A stretch of DNA of 64,000 bases from Sulfolobales archaeon (GCA_038831135.1 JAWBKW010000004.1:29135-93134), one strand, 5' to 3'. Counted from the first letter of the stretch, positions 47,866 to 58,220 are shown. A program made the numbers and translations. Notes: a model not told the origin generated them from the sequence alone.

Positions 47866-47913
47866 ATTTAATAAAATTTATTACCATTATAGATAGTAGT
47901 AGTTCAGGCGTTA

Positions 47914-48168
47914 GTGATGAACTCTGGGATTGATGTTGTGGAACAGATTAAGGACCTCTACGGTATTGTTTTGTTCTTTAGGGATAACGCTGTTGATGAT
48001 GACTTCTATGATGCATTAGATACTGTTTTACAAATGATTGAGGAGTTCCTTGGAAGAAATGATGTAAGTGAGGAGGATATTAAGAATTTCATTAATAAAT
48101 TATACGCTTTTGTTAGGTCGAACCCTTTAACTAAGTTTCTAGCGATATACGTTAGGGATTATCTGTAA
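47914..48168 (+). CDS. Hypothetical small acidic protein
   Basis: 84-aa ORF filling the gap between flanking genes; RSNPLT motif. Confidence 0.6.
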   Translation: MMNSGIDVVEQIKDLYGIVLFFRDNAVDDDFYDALDTVLQMIEEFLGRNDVSEEDIKNFINKLYAFVRSNPLTKFLAIYVRDYL

Positions 48169-48169
48169 A

Positions 48170-49162
48170 TTACTTAAGTACTTGAGGATTGACAGGGTAT
48201 AATGGAGGTAATCCCTCAAACCTTCGGATTATTTCCTCAGCTGCTGTGAGTGATACCCTCCTCCAACACTCGTATGTGGAACCACCGATATGCGGCGTTA
48301 TCACCACATTAGGTAATTTATAGAGTGGGTGTTCTCTGGGCAACGGTTCTGGGTCGGTAACATCTAATGCTGCACCAGCGATCCAGCCTTCCTTCAAAGC
48401 CTTGTAGAGAGCGTCGGTATCTATTAATCCGCCACGTGCCGTATTAATTATGACTGCTGTTGGTTTCATGAGCTTAAGCCTTTCTTCATTAATTAGGTGA
48501 TAAGTCTCTTTAGTTAGTGGTGCGTGAATAGACACTATATCCGATCTAGTGAGTAACGTCTCTAGATCTACTAGCTTAACTCCTATTGATGAAGCCTTGG
48601 ACTCTGTGACGTAGGGATCATAAGCTAATACCTCAGAAGCTTCCATAGCTTTAACTATTTTAGCTACCCTCCCCCCAATGTTACCTATACCAATCAAACC
48701 TACGATTTTTCCATATATCTCGTTGCCAGTACCATAGATTCTGGCCTCATCCCAACCACCTTCAATCATTTTACTAATGACCAACTGCAACTTCCTTAGT
48801 AAAGTTAACATTAATCCTATAGTTAACTCAGCAACTGACTGAGCGTTAGCCCCAGGAGTGTAGGTTACTAGAATACCTCTTCTTGTAGCCTCTTCAACAT
48901 CAACCCTATCGAAACCTACACCATGAACTGCTATAATTCTTAGATTAGGGCATACATCCATAACAGCCTTATCAATGCGACCAATTCTAACTAGTATAGC
49001 TTCGGAGCCCTTAACCTCCTTCAAAACTTCTTCATCAGATACCCATCCCTTAGTGGTAACGAATTTAAGGATAAATTTCTCTTTAAGTAGTTTTACAGCA
49101 TCATCATGAATAGGTGCATCCTTAGTTGATAATAAGGCTACAACATGTTTACCACTCATCAT
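48170..49162 (-). CDS. D-2-hydroxyacid dehydrogenase (SerA/glyoxylate reductase-like)
   Basis: GVGFD, VAEL, GIGNIG, INTARG, LDVTDPEP, TPHIGG. Confidence 0.92.
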   Translation of the reverse strand: MMSGKHVVALLSTKDAPIHDDAVKLLKEKFILKFVTTKGWVSDEEVLKEVKGSEAILVRIGRIDKAVMDVCPNLRIIAVHGVGFDRVDVEEATRRGILVTYTPGANAQSVAELTIGLMLTLLRKLQLVISKMIEGGWDEARIYGTGNEIYGKIVGLIGIGNIGGRVAKIVKAMEASEVLAYDPYVTESKASSIGVKLVDLETLLTRSDIVSIHAPLTKETYHLINEERLKLMKPTAVIINTARGGLIDTDALYKALKEGWIAGAALDVTDPEPLPREHPLYKLPNVVITPHIGGSTYECWRRVSLTAAEEIIRRFEGLPPLYPVNPQVLK

Positions 49163-49208
49163 TGATCCACCATAAGAAATGATGTATACGACGTTAAATA
49201 CTTATAGA

Positions 49209-49328
49209 TGGTAGCCGGGCGGGGATTCGAACCCCGGTCGCGGGGGATCTCCCCTAGGGACCAAACTCGGGGGCAGCCCGCAACACAGACCGCCTGCCCC
49301 GCATCCTTGACCGCTAGACGACCCGGCT
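49209..49328 (-). tRNA. tRNA-Gln(UUG) with two introns (32/33, 30 nt; 37/38, 14 nt) and encoded CCA
   Basis: Removing 49266-49295 and 49247-49260 gives a 76-nt cloverleaf: AGCCGGG/CCCGGCT acceptor, CGGGG-CTTTGGC-CCCCG anticodon arm, TTCGAAT T-loop. Both introns form BHB-type structures. Confidence 0.92.
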
Positions 49329-49475
49329 TCATTTGAATTTAAGTAAATGTAGGCTTAAATACTTTATATCATTGAGGTATTACCTAGATATTACCTAACT
49401 GATATAACTGTTTATATAAATTCTTAGATGACACTTCTTATAACCCACCTTATACCATATTAATCAGGTGTTGAA

Positions 49476-49931
49476 ATGTCTAGAAGCTGTTGCGTAGCTA
49501 AATTATTAAGAGACTTAGGTGTACGTTCGGACTTTAAATCATTTAAGGATAGATTATTGGCGCAGAAGATAGTTTATCTGGCGCAAACAATATTCGGTAT
49601 TAATTTCGGCTATAGATTTATATGGCATATCAGAGGGCCTTACTCAAAATCACTAAGCCGGGACTTGAGAACTCCTGAAGTCTATGATGAGTGTAGTTGT
49701 TTAGAAGTGGAAAATAACGCTTTATTGAGATTAAAGTCATTATTAAACGAGCTGAAAGGTTTAAACATAGATATTAGTCTAGCCTTGGAAATAATTGCTA
49801 GTTATTTGATGCTTTTAAGAGATGTCTTTCCGAAGCCTGAAGATCCTGTGAAGGAGTTAATGATTAGAAAACCTTATATAAGTGGTGAAAATATTAAAAC
49901 AGCCTTAAGCGTAATTAGTAAGTACCTATAG
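49476..49931 (+). CDS. YwgA/DUF4065 (SocA/Panacea)-like protein
   Basis: RLLAQKIVYL...YRFIWHIRGPYSKSL...LEIIAS. Confidence 0.6.
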   Translation: MSRSCCVAKLLRDLGVRSDFKSFKDRLLAQKIVYLAQTIFGINFGYRFIWHIRGPYSKSLSRDLRTPEVYDECSCLEVENNALLRLKSLLNELKGLNIDISLALEIIASYLMLLRDVFPKPEDPVKELMIRKPYISGENIKTALSVISKYL

Positions 49932-49949
49932 CTCTTCAGCTAAATCGTT

Positions 49950-51167
49950 TTACATGTTATTCACTATCTTATTGATAATCTCTAAAGTTTTCTCCTCATT
50001 TTCTGATTCCAAGTACTCAACATCATGACTCGAAGCAGTATCTGGATCCTTTAAGGCTGTACCAGTGAGAATGGATACCACTGATTCGTCTCCATCGATT
50101 ATTCCCATTTCTATAGCTTTACGTACTCCAGCAATAGATGCTGCACTAGCAGGTTCGACTCCTAATCCTTCCATTCTAGCAAGCGATTTCTGAGCCTCAA
50201 GTATCTCAGAGTCACTTACGGTTAACGCAACGCCGCTGCTTTCCTTCAGGACATTCAGAGCTCTCTCCCAATGTACTGGATTACCTATCCTAATTGCTGA
50301 TGCTATTGTTTCAACACCTCTTTGAGGGCTATAGCTTCCGTTACGAAAAGCATTAACTATTGGTGATGCCCCCTCAGCCTGAACAGCCAATATCCTAGGT
50401 AATTTATTGATAAGTCCTAGGGCTATAAGTTCCTTAAGACCCTTCCACAGGGAGGTTATATTTCCAGCGTTTCCCACAGGTATCGAGACCCAGTCTGGGA
50501 CCCCTAACTCATCAACTATTTCAAAAGCAACAGTCTTCTGCCCCTCAATCCTCCAAGGATTTATGGAATTAAGAGGATAAACCTTTAAGTCCTTAGCTAA
50601 ATTCATAATCACCTTCATAGCTAGATCAAAGTTCCCCTGTACTTCAATAACCGTCCCACCATAGAGTACTGCCTGACTCATCTTGCCTTTGGCAATACCA
50701 TTCTTGGGAACTACTAATATGGGTTTTATACCGGCTCTCCTCGCATAGGCAGCCATACTTGATGAAGTGTTTCCTGTCGATGCACACACAACAGCCTTAA
50801 CTCCTAAATGTTTCGCGATTGAGATACCTACCGACATACCTCTGTCCTTAAAACTTCCCGTAGGGTTACTACCTTCAAACTTCATGTAGAGTTCCTTAAT
50901 CCTAAGCTTTTTTCCTAAATTATTTGCACGGATTAAGGGTGTCCCACCTTCATGAAGAGTTACTATCTCAGCATCCTTTGGTAAAGGTATTAACTCCCTA
51001 TACCTCCACATGTTGAATTTTCTCTTCCTGAAGAACTCCCAGCTAATATTTTGAGGAATTTCATTCAACTTAACCTTAAGCAATCCACCGCACTCGCAAA
51101 TCACTTTATAACTTAAGATATCATACGTCTTTCCGCATTTATCGCAAATTAATTGGTTTGGAGTATA
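49950..51167 (-). CDS. thrC: Threonine synthase (start codon ambiguous)
   Basis: EGGTPL, NPTGSFKDRG, ASTGNT, RIEGQKT, PVGNAGN, TIASAIRIGNP. The in-frame N-terminal CDKC..CEC Zn ribbon extends upstream of the called GTG at 51104. Confidence 0.92.
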   Translation of the reverse strand, partial: YTPNQLICDKCGKTYDILSYKVICECGGLLKVKLNEIPQNISWEFFRKRKFNMWRYRELIPLPKDAEIVTLHEGGTPLIRANNLGKKLRIKELYMKFEGSNPTGSFKDRGMSVGISIAKHLGVKAVVCASTGNTSSSMAAYARRAGIKPILVVPKNGIAKGKMSQAVLYGGTVIEVQGNFDLAMKVIMNLAKDLKVYPLNSINPWRIEGQKTVAFEIVDELGVPDWVSIPVGNAGNITSLWKGLKELIALGLINKLPRILAVQAEGASPIVNAFRNGSYSPQRGVETIASAIRIGNPVHWERALNVLKESSGVALTVSDSEILEAQKSLARMEGLGVEPASAASIAGVRKAIEMGIIDGDESVVSILTGTALKDPDTASSHDVEYLESENEEKTLEIINKIVNNM

Positions 51168-51274
51168 TTAACCACCGGATAGGTATTTCTCTGAGATTTA
51201 AATATTTAACTACAGCATATATGATGATTAAAAATATAAGCTATAAAGCATTGATGTATTAGCAGGCGGAATTT

Positions 51275-52558
51275 ATGGTTAGATTAAGAAGTACCTCAAG
51301 TGTTGGCAAAGGTGTTAAAAGCATTTATGACGAAATTTACGGTTATATACCAGTATCAGAGCTAGAGCTTAAAGTTATTGAGACCCCAACTCTCCAGAGG
51401 TTAAGGAGGGTTAAGCAATTAGCTCTTGCATGGTATGTATACCCAGGCGCGGTCCACACAAGATTTTCTCATTCGTTAGGCGTGATGCACGTAATTGGAA
51501 TTATCGCTAATAAATTTATTGATGAAGGATACATAAGAAGGGATGATTATGAGCTCCTTAGAATTGCAGGAGCCCTACATGACGTAGGTCATACACCATA
51601 CAGTCATGCCATAGAGCTTTACATGACCCAAGCATTTAAGATAAGACATGAAGAGATGGCTACATATGTTATCGAGAATGACCCTTACCTTAACGAGGTA
51701 TTCTCAAAATACGGTATTAATCCGAAGGAGGTTTCATCAATAATTAGAGGCACTCATAAAGAACCCCTATATAATATGTTGCTATCTAGCGATTTAGACG
51801 CTGATAGAATTGATTACTTACTACGGGATTCCCTGCACACCGGAGTTGCTTATGGAATGATAGACATAGATAGAATCCTACATACCGTAATGGTGGATAA
51901 AGACGGTGAGCTAGCTGTTCCAGCTAAATCGGTACAAGCAATTGAAAACTTCTACATCGCTAGGATGCATATGTATAGGGCTGTATATCACCATAAGACT
52001 ATTGCCGCATTCCAGGTAATGATGAAAACCATATACGAAATGATGCTTAACGAGTTGAGAGGTTATCTAGAGCCTTTCACTTCAATATCAAACATTCTTT
52101 CAACTATTCGGAAGGGAACATTCTATTTATGGGATGATAATTACATTGCAGGTCTTATGAACCTAGCCCTAGTAAAGAACTTAGGTAGTGAAGAGTTAAG
52201 AGATCTTATCAGACTTTTATTTAACAGAGTGGGCTATAAAGCGGTATACGATAAAATTAAACTATCTCAAGAACCAATCGCACTAAGAGGTGATGAGGAA
52301 GCTACATCTTTGAGTAATTTAAGAGACTTAATAATAAATGGCTTAGGCTATAAGGATTTCATGGCAATACCGTATGTTGAAGAGCTTAACTTAGTTGATG
52401 AAGATCTGTGTGTTAAGATATTAGATAATGAAACTACGACTAGGATTACAGAATTCGAATCATCAATAATTAACTCTATACCTAGGTACATATCAATAAC
52501 TAGATTATATGTTCATCCCTACATACTTGACAAGGTTAAAGACTTTATAAGAAAGTAG
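51275..52558 (+). CDS. HD-domain phosphohydrolase, SAMHD1/YwfO-like dNTP triphosphohydrolase family
   Basis: QRLRRVKQL, YPGAVHTRFSHSLG, LHDVGHTPYSH, HE, DADRIDYLLRD, MYRAVYHH. Confidence 0.88.
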   Translation: MVRLRSTSSVGKGVKSIYDEIYGYIPVSELELKVIETPTLQRLRRVKQLALAWYVYPGAVHTRFSHSLGVMHVIGIIANKFIDEGYIRRDDYELLRIAGALHDVGHTPYSHAIELYMTQAFKIRHEEMATYVIENDPYLNEVFSKYGINPKEVSSIIRGTHKEPLYNMLLSSDLDADRIDYLLRDSLHTGVAYGMIDIDRILHTVMVDKDGELAVPAKSVQAIENFYIARMHMYRAVYHHKTIAAFQVMMKTIYEMMLNELRGYLEPFTSISNILSTIRKGTFYLWDDNYIAGLMNLALVKNLGSEELRDLIRLLFNRVGYKAVYDKIKLSQEPIALRGDEEATSLSNLRDLIINGLGYKDFMAIPYVEELNLVDEDLCVKILDNETTTRITEFESSIINSIPRYISITRLYVHPYILDKVKDFIRK

Positions 52559-52605
52559 AACATGACTTCTAATACTTTCTCAAAAATAGCTAGAGTCGTT
52601 CATCA

Positions 52606-53058
52606 TTAAGACCTAATTAAATCTTTAATCATTAAGTAAGCATCCTCACCATCAGGGTAGTAATTCTTCATGACGCCAGAGACTCTATAACCTAGACTAC
52701 TATACATCTTAATAGCTACTAAGTTACTCACAGCTACTTCTAATTTAAACCTATTAATTCCATCCTTAGAACACTTAGATTCCACGGCCTCCATTAATAA
52801 TCTTCCCACACCACGCCCTCTATACTCAGGGTCTACTGCGATAGATATTATGTGTCCTGAGCCGTCTCTATCAATAGCTGCAGAAACGTAACCGATGACA
52901 TTACCGCGATACTCACACACTAGGAAGTACTTTGGATATAATTTCATTAAGGTGATGAAAGCTAATGCTGGATATGGATACTTGAAAGACCTTTTCTCTA
53001 TATCAACTATATACCTAATATCCTCAATCTTTGCTTCCCTAATTACTGCTGCGGACAT
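52606..53058 (-). CDS. rimI: RimI/Ard1-like N-terminal acetyltransferase (GNAT)
   Basis: HIISIAVDPEYRGRGVG, LEV..SN..A..MY, YYPDGEDAYLM. Confidence 0.88.
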   Translation of the reverse strand: MSAAVIREAKIEDIRYIVDIEKRSFKYPYPALAFITLMKLYPKYFLVCEYRGNVIGYVSAAIDRDGSGHIISIAVDPEYRGRGVGRLLMEAVESKCSKDGINRFKLEVAVSNLVAIKMYSSLGYRVSGVMKNYYPDGEDAYLMIKDLIRS

Positions 53059-53167
53059 CCTACCACATCATACTTCATTAATTAAATCGAATTCATTAAA
53101 CATCCCTTAACAATTACTAATATTCAGAAATTATCAATTTATATACTTAAATAGGTAAAATGTACTG

Positions 53168-53515
53168 GTGTACCTTATGCAATTCACAATCAAAGAAACC
53201 GCACCTTATCAAGAAACTGAAACAAAGGATAGAAGAAGATGGATCCTCATGGTCGGTGAGAAACTTATGTTAATAATGGTTGAGTTAGATCCAGGTGCTA
53301 GTGTTCCTTGGCACTCCCATCCACAAGAACAAGTTAGCTTTGTGTTGAAGGGTAGAGCGGAAGTTAGAACGTCGGAAGGCCTTTACGTATTCCAGGAGGG
53401 CACGTCATATAACTTCAAGCCTAACGAACCCCATGAAACCCGTAATCCAGGACCTGATAAATTAGTAGTTATTGAGGCTTTCTCACCGCCCCGCGAGGAT
53501 TTACTTAAAAAATAA
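53168..53515 (+). CDS. Cupin domain protein
   Basis: PWHSHPQEQ...PNEPH...FSPPRED. Confidence 0.88.
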   Translation: MYLMQFTIKETAPYQETETKDRRRWILMVGEKLMLIMVELDPGASVPWHSHPQEQVSFVLKGRAEVRTSEGLYVFQEGTSYNFKPNEPHETRNPGPDKLVVIEAFSPPREDLLKK

Positions 53516-53539
53516 TTTTTTATTTCTGTATAATTTATT

Positions 53540-54028
53540 TCAGCCCTGCTCAGGTTCTAAGGGTGAGAAATCTATCTCTGGATCGTATTTCTTAATTATT
53601 TTAACTCCCTTCAACTCAACAATCACTACATCTGAGGTTACAAGTATCGGGTTGCCTCCCTTAACTATATGGCCGCCATGGACGTGGCCCCATTGATCGC
53701 ATACCGCCCCATGTATGTGTGTAAGCCTATTGCCTTTCTCATCCCTTCCCACTACTCCTGAACCGCCTAAGAATGAGAGAGGTCCTACTATCTCTTTAGG
53801 AGGGCTATAACTAGCTCCTAACTTCACATTCGGATTTGGAATGAAGTACATTATGGTTGCCTTAGTTAGCGTACCAGTACCTACGTCAACGTAGGCGTAA
53901 TCTATGTTTAGCTCATCGCATAACTTCTCAATACCTTCTATAATATCCGTACCTGGTTGAAGTCTCGCAATTACAACCCTTCCTTGAGACCCCACAGCGT
54001 ACTTAAATCTTGCAGGCAATGGTGTCAC
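53540..54028 (-). CDS. PPC/DUF296 domain protein
   Basis: RLQPGTD, THIHG, VHGGH. Confidence 0.85.
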   Translation of the reverse strand: MTPLPARFKYAVGSQGRVVIARLQPGTDIIEGIEKLCDELNIDYAYVDVGTGTLTKATIMYFIPNPNVKLGASYSPPKEIVGPLSFLGGSGVVGRDEKGNRLTHIHGAVCDQWGHVHGGHIVKGGNPILVTSDVVIVELKGVKIIKKYDPEIDFSPLEPEQG

Positions 54029-54087
54029 CTATTAATCATTCAAGCTAAGGTTTTAAAGATTTTAATATCTTAAATGTGGGGTAATGC

Positions 54088-55653
54088 TTGATAGTTAAAG
54101 GATTTACTAACTGTAAGATTTACTCTAAGTTTAAACCTATAGAAACGTATGAAGGGTTTCTGGTTATTAATGATAGGGTCGCGTATTTAGGGAAAGAGAA
54201 AGAGGTTGAGTCAATAATTAATAATTTGGGTGGGGAATTAATCGATCTTAAAGGCTCGACAGTAATGCCTGGATTTGTCGATAGTCATTTACACCTACTC
54301 AGCTTAGGTGAAAGTTTAAGATCACTTGATCTAAGGAGATGTACCTCTATAGAAGAAGTTAAAAGATTACTTAAGGATTACTCATTAAGGAGTAACGAGT
54401 ATTGGTTGCTAGGTCATGGATGGGATCATGAACTCTTCAAAGAGAAAAGGCTTATAAATAGATACGACGTAGATGAAATAATCAATGATAGACCTGTATT
54501 ACTTACTAGGATATGTCTCCATCTAGCAACCCTTAATAGTAAAGCTTTAGAACTCTTGAGAATTAACGAAAGATTTCCTACTTCACCAAACGTACTAAGG
54601 GACGGTAATGGATTACCAACCGGTGTTATTAGAGAAGATGTATTAGGTAGGGTGATTATGGAATTAAGAGATGACATTAATCTAGTTGTAAATGAAGTAA
54701 CTACGGGTATTAAGCACTTACTAGCTAATGGTGTAACATCTATAGGCTCAGTGAACTGCAGTTTAAGCGAGTTCCAAGCACTGCAATTAATAAGACTTGA
54801 GGACCGTCTCCACATTAGGATCGGCTTATACTTAAGTAGTGAATACATTGAATTAATAGAGAAATTAAGGATCATAAGAGGGTTAGGCGACGATAAATTA
54901 AGGATACTTGGTGTTAAGGTTTTTATAGATGGTTCGTTAGGAGCGCGAACGGCTTTGCTTAATGAACCATATGATGATGACCCTAATAACTTTGGTGTTC
55001 AAGTAACTTCTGAAGAAACGCTTAATAAGATTCTACATACCGCATCTAAGTACAAGCTTCAGGTAGCATCACACGCCATAGGTGATAGAGCAATTGATTT
55101 GGTACTCAAGTCATATGCGCTTCTAGATAACGTTAAAGAATCTAGACATAGGATCGAACACATGTCTATAGTGAGAGATGAACAAATAAACTTAGCAAAG
55201 AGTCTAGGCGTAACGGCGGTAGTGCAACCGAGATTCTTATTAAGTGATTGGTGGGTAATCGAGAGAGTAGGACTGAAGAGAGTGAAATACGTTTATCCAT
55301 TCAAGAAGATATGTAATTCATTACCAACCGGATTCTCAAGTGACGCACCGGTGGAACCCCCTAATCCTTGGGAAGCTATATACGCAGCCATAACTAGGGG
55401 TGAGTATGATGGAATACCTCTAAGCTATATTAAGGATAACGAGTCTGTAGATATATTGAATGCTTTACATGCCCATACCTTAGGTTCTGCATACGTGTTA
55501 TTCCTTGAAGATTTAACAGGTACCTTAGAGATGGGGAAGAAAGCAGACTTCATCGTAGTTGATAAAGACCCGTTGGAAATCGATGCTAAAGAAATTAAGA
55601 AGATTAAAGTATTAGCAACTTACGTAGATGGTCGTAAGGTTTACCCAGAATAA
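54088..55653 (+). CDS. Amidohydrolase family 3 (YtcJ-like)
   Basis: PGFVDSHLH, KVFIDGSLGARTA, HAIGDRA, RIEH, SSDAP, GKKADF. Confidence 0.92.
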   Translation: MIVKGFTNCKIYSKFKPIETYEGFLVINDRVAYLGKEKEVESIINNLGGELIDLKGSTVMPGFVDSHLHLLSLGESLRSLDLRRCTSIEEVKRLLKDYSLRSNEYWLLGHGWDHELFKEKRLINRYDVDEIINDRPVLLTRICLHLATLNSKALELLRINERFPTSPNVLRDGNGLPTGVIREDVLGRVIMELRDDINLVVNEVTTGIKHLLANGVTSIGSVNCSLSEFQALQLIRLEDRLHIRIGLYLSSEYIELIEKLRIIRGLGDDKLRILGVKVFIDGSLGARTALLNEPYDDDPNNFGVQVTSEETLNKILHTASKYKLQVASHAIGDRAIDLVLKSYALLDNVKESRHRIEHMSIVRDEQINLAKSLGVTAVVQPRFLLSDWWVIERVGLKRVKYVYPFKKICNSLPTGFSSDAPVEPPNPWEAIYAAITRGEYDGIPLSYIKDNESVDILNALHAHTLGSAYVLFLEDLTGTLEMGKKADFIVVDKDPLEIDAKEIKKIKVLATYVDGRKVYPE

Positions 55654-55696
55654 ACTTAACAATAAGACATGTATTTTATTAAAAAGTTAATTAATT

Positions 55697-56389
55697 TTAA
55701 AATTCGAAAGAGCTTCCCGGACTTAATACAATTACTGAAGCCTGAAGCCTTAATTCTTCGATGTTATTGCTTAACTCCTTAGGGTCAGCCTTAATTAAGT
55801 CAAACGTATTGTAATGTATTGGTATTACGTACCTAGGCTTTAGCAATTCTACGGCCTTAGTAGCTTCTTTAACCCCCATCGTGTAATGACCGCCGATAGG
55901 AAGTAAAGCAACCTTTATCTTATATAGTTCTCCAATCATAGACATCTCAGCAAATAATCCCGTATCCCCTGCGTGGTAAATACTACCTTCATTACCTATT
56001 AGAACTACACCGGTAGGATTGCCCCTGATTGATGAGTGGATGGATGGAGTTAATACTGCTGTAAGAGTACCTAATCTTATAGGACCTCCGATATTTGCAC
56101 CTACTACACGTTCTGATGCACCTGCCTCACTTCCTAAGTGATTAGCTATTTCAAAGATTGAAAGTAATTTAGCATTTCTATAATGCCTTAATAATTCAAC
56201 CGCTTCACCAACATGGTCACCATGATCGTGAGTAACCACTATGAAGTCTATATCACTTGTAGCTCTTATAAACTCGTTAATAGACTTAAAAGGTGATAGA
56301 GGGTTAGTCACCCAAGGATCTATTAATACTTTAACGTTATCCAACTCTACTAATGTACATGCGTGGCCGTACCAAGTAATCCTGCCCAA
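55697..56389 (-). CDS. UPF0173 metal-dependent hydrolase (MBL fold)
   Basis: WYGHA, IDPW, THDHGDH, HAGDTG, LPIGG, PIHYNTF. Confidence 0.9.
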   Translation of the reverse strand: MGRITWYGHACTLVELDNVKVLIDPWVTNPLSPFKSINEFIRATSDIDFIVVTHDHGDHVGEAVELLRHYRNAKLLSIFEIANHLGSEAGASERVVGANIGGPIRLGTLTAVLTPSIHSSIRGNPTGVVLIGNEGSIYHAGDTGLFAEMSMIGELYKIKVALLPIGGHYTMGVKEATKAVELLKPRYVIPIHYNTFDLIKADPKELSNNIEELRLQASVIVLSPGSSFEF

Positions 56390-56461
56390 AACATCTCCCC
56401 AACCACTAATAAAAAGTCGCAGACTTATTAATGTATTGCCTAAGAATTCTATGGGGTTAGA

Positions 56462-57733
56462 ATGAATGTTGTTGTTCCTCTAGCAACAAGAATTCATGGT
56501 CCCAACTACTATAGGCAGCTACTGAAACCTATAGAAGAATTCTTCCAATCCCGCAACATTAAAGTCCTGGAAGTGTTGGATTCGGAGGAACTAATAAGGG
56601 ACGATATCTTAAATATTATAAAGAACTCAACACCTATATTTCTCATACTTACTGGAGGGACAAGTAGGTTAGCGTGGAAGTTAATGACTCAAAGCAATGT
56701 TAGGAAAGCTATTATAATCTCACATAGTGAGCATAATAGCCTACCGTCAGCTATATCAATAAGGAGTAGAGCAGATGCTGAAGGGATCCCTACAAGCGTA
56801 AGATACTGCAAAGACTTAACAAGCAGTGAGTGCATTAAAACATTAGAAGAAGTAGTAGAACTAAGTAGCGTCATTACAAATATATCAAACGCCCGTATTG
56901 CAGTAGTAAGCGATTCCGTTGAGGATTACTACAGCCTCTTTGAGAGTATCTACGGTATTAAGTTATCTCTAATTAATTATGAAGAATTGGAGGGATTACT
57001 TAAGGAGGTTAAAGAAGATGAAGCCAGGGATTACTTAAGTAACTTAATACCTAAACTAAGGCTTAGTGATGTTGGTGATGCCCAACTAATCAATGCTGTG
57101 AGGGTATATCTCGCAATTAAGAAGTTAATTGATGTAGGGAGGTTTAATGCATTAGCGATTGATTGCTTCCCATTCTTAACTAAGTATAAACTCACACCAT
57201 GTCTAGCTGTTTCCTTACTCAATGATGATGGAGTACCGACAGCTTGTGAAGCTGACTTAAGATCTCTTCTAATTATGCTTATAGTCAAGTCATTAGGTAG
57301 CTGGCCTGTATGGATTGCTAATATATCATCAATAAGTAATAACCGAATAATATTAGCCCATTGCACAATAGCAACTAAATTAGGATACAATTGTAGCTTA
57401 GTACCACACTTCGAATCCAGTTATCCGTACTCATTAACATGTAATATACCCCCAGGACATTACACCTTAGCAAGCATTGATAGGGAGTTCACAACAATAG
57501 CAACCCTTAAAGCTAAATTGATAGGTAGCGGCTCCCTATTTAAGACTATGTGTAGGACTCAAGCAATATTAGAAACGGAAGTCGATCTAAGCAACTTTGC
57601 TAACATAGCTCTAAATAATCACCATGTATTAATAACCGGAGACTTAAGGAATAAAATCAGAGACGTAGCCTACATGTTTGGAATGGATTTCATTACTTAT
57701 GAATCGATAATTAAATATTTAAGTGAGGTGTAG
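56462..57733 (+). CDS. L-fucose/L-arabinose isomerase-like protein
   Basis: TGGT, HNSLPSA, IDCF, TPCL, ACEAD, AHCT, CRTQ, NHH. Confidence 0.75.
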   Translation: MNVVVPLATRIHGPNYYRQLLKPIEEFFQSRNIKVLEVLDSEELIRDDILNIIKNSTPIFLILTGGTSRLAWKLMTQSNVRKAIIISHSEHNSLPSAISIRSRADAEGIPTSVRYCKDLTSSECIKTLEEVVELSSVITNISNARIAVVSDSVEDYYSLFESIYGIKLSLINYEELEGLLKEVKEDEARDYLSNLIPKLRLSDVGDAQLINAVRVYLAIKKLIDVGRFNALAIDCFPFLTKYKLTPCLAVSLLNDDGVPTACEADLRSLLIMLIVKSLGSWPVWIANISSISNNRIILAHCTIATKLGYNCSLVPHFESSYPYSLTCNIPPGHYTLASIDREFTTIATLKAKLIGSGSLFKTMCRTQAILETEVDLSNFANIALNNHHVLITGDLRNKIRDVAYMFGMDFITYESIIKYLSEV

Positions 57734-57738
57734 CTGTA

Positions 57739-58185
57739 ATGAGTAATTTTAGGGTAGCTATAGGTTCTGATGACAATTACTACATAGCAAATTATGTGGC
57801 CAACTACGTGAAATCTAAAAGTTTTAATATAGTGTTAGTTGGTAGCCTTAAAAGCGGAAAGCCAGAACCTTGGCCGCTTGTAGGTTATGAAGTTGGTAAG
57901 CTAGTAGCATCGAATGCAGTCGATACTGGGATTGTGATATGTTATACGGGGACGGGAGTCTCAATAGCCGCTAATAAAGTTAAGGGTGCCAGGGCCGCCT
58001 TATGCTTCGATGCCAGAACAGCTCAAGGAGCTAGATTGTGGAACGATGCTAACGTACTAGCTTTAAGTGCTAGATTACTTTCAGAAGAAGTAGCTAAGGA
58101 AATAATTGACGCGTGGTTTTCGGTAAGAGAACCTGATCCTTCAGAGTTAAACAATATAAAACTACTCAAAGAGTTTGACATTTAA
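57739..58185 (+). CDS. RpiB/LacA/LacB family sugar-phosphate isomerase
   Basis: IGSD, ICYTGTGVSIAANKVKGARAA, WNDANVL. Confidence 0.9.
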   Translation: MSNFRVAIGSDDNYYIANYVANYVKSKSFNIVLVGSLKSGKPEPWPLVGYEVGKLVASNAVDTGIVICYTGTGVSIAANKVKGARAALCFDARTAQGARLWNDANVLALSARLLSEEVAKEIIDAWFSVREPDPSELNNIKLLKEFDI

Positions 58186-58220
58186 GTAGTTTTCCTACAA
58201 TTTTTCTAAATAAAACAAAG

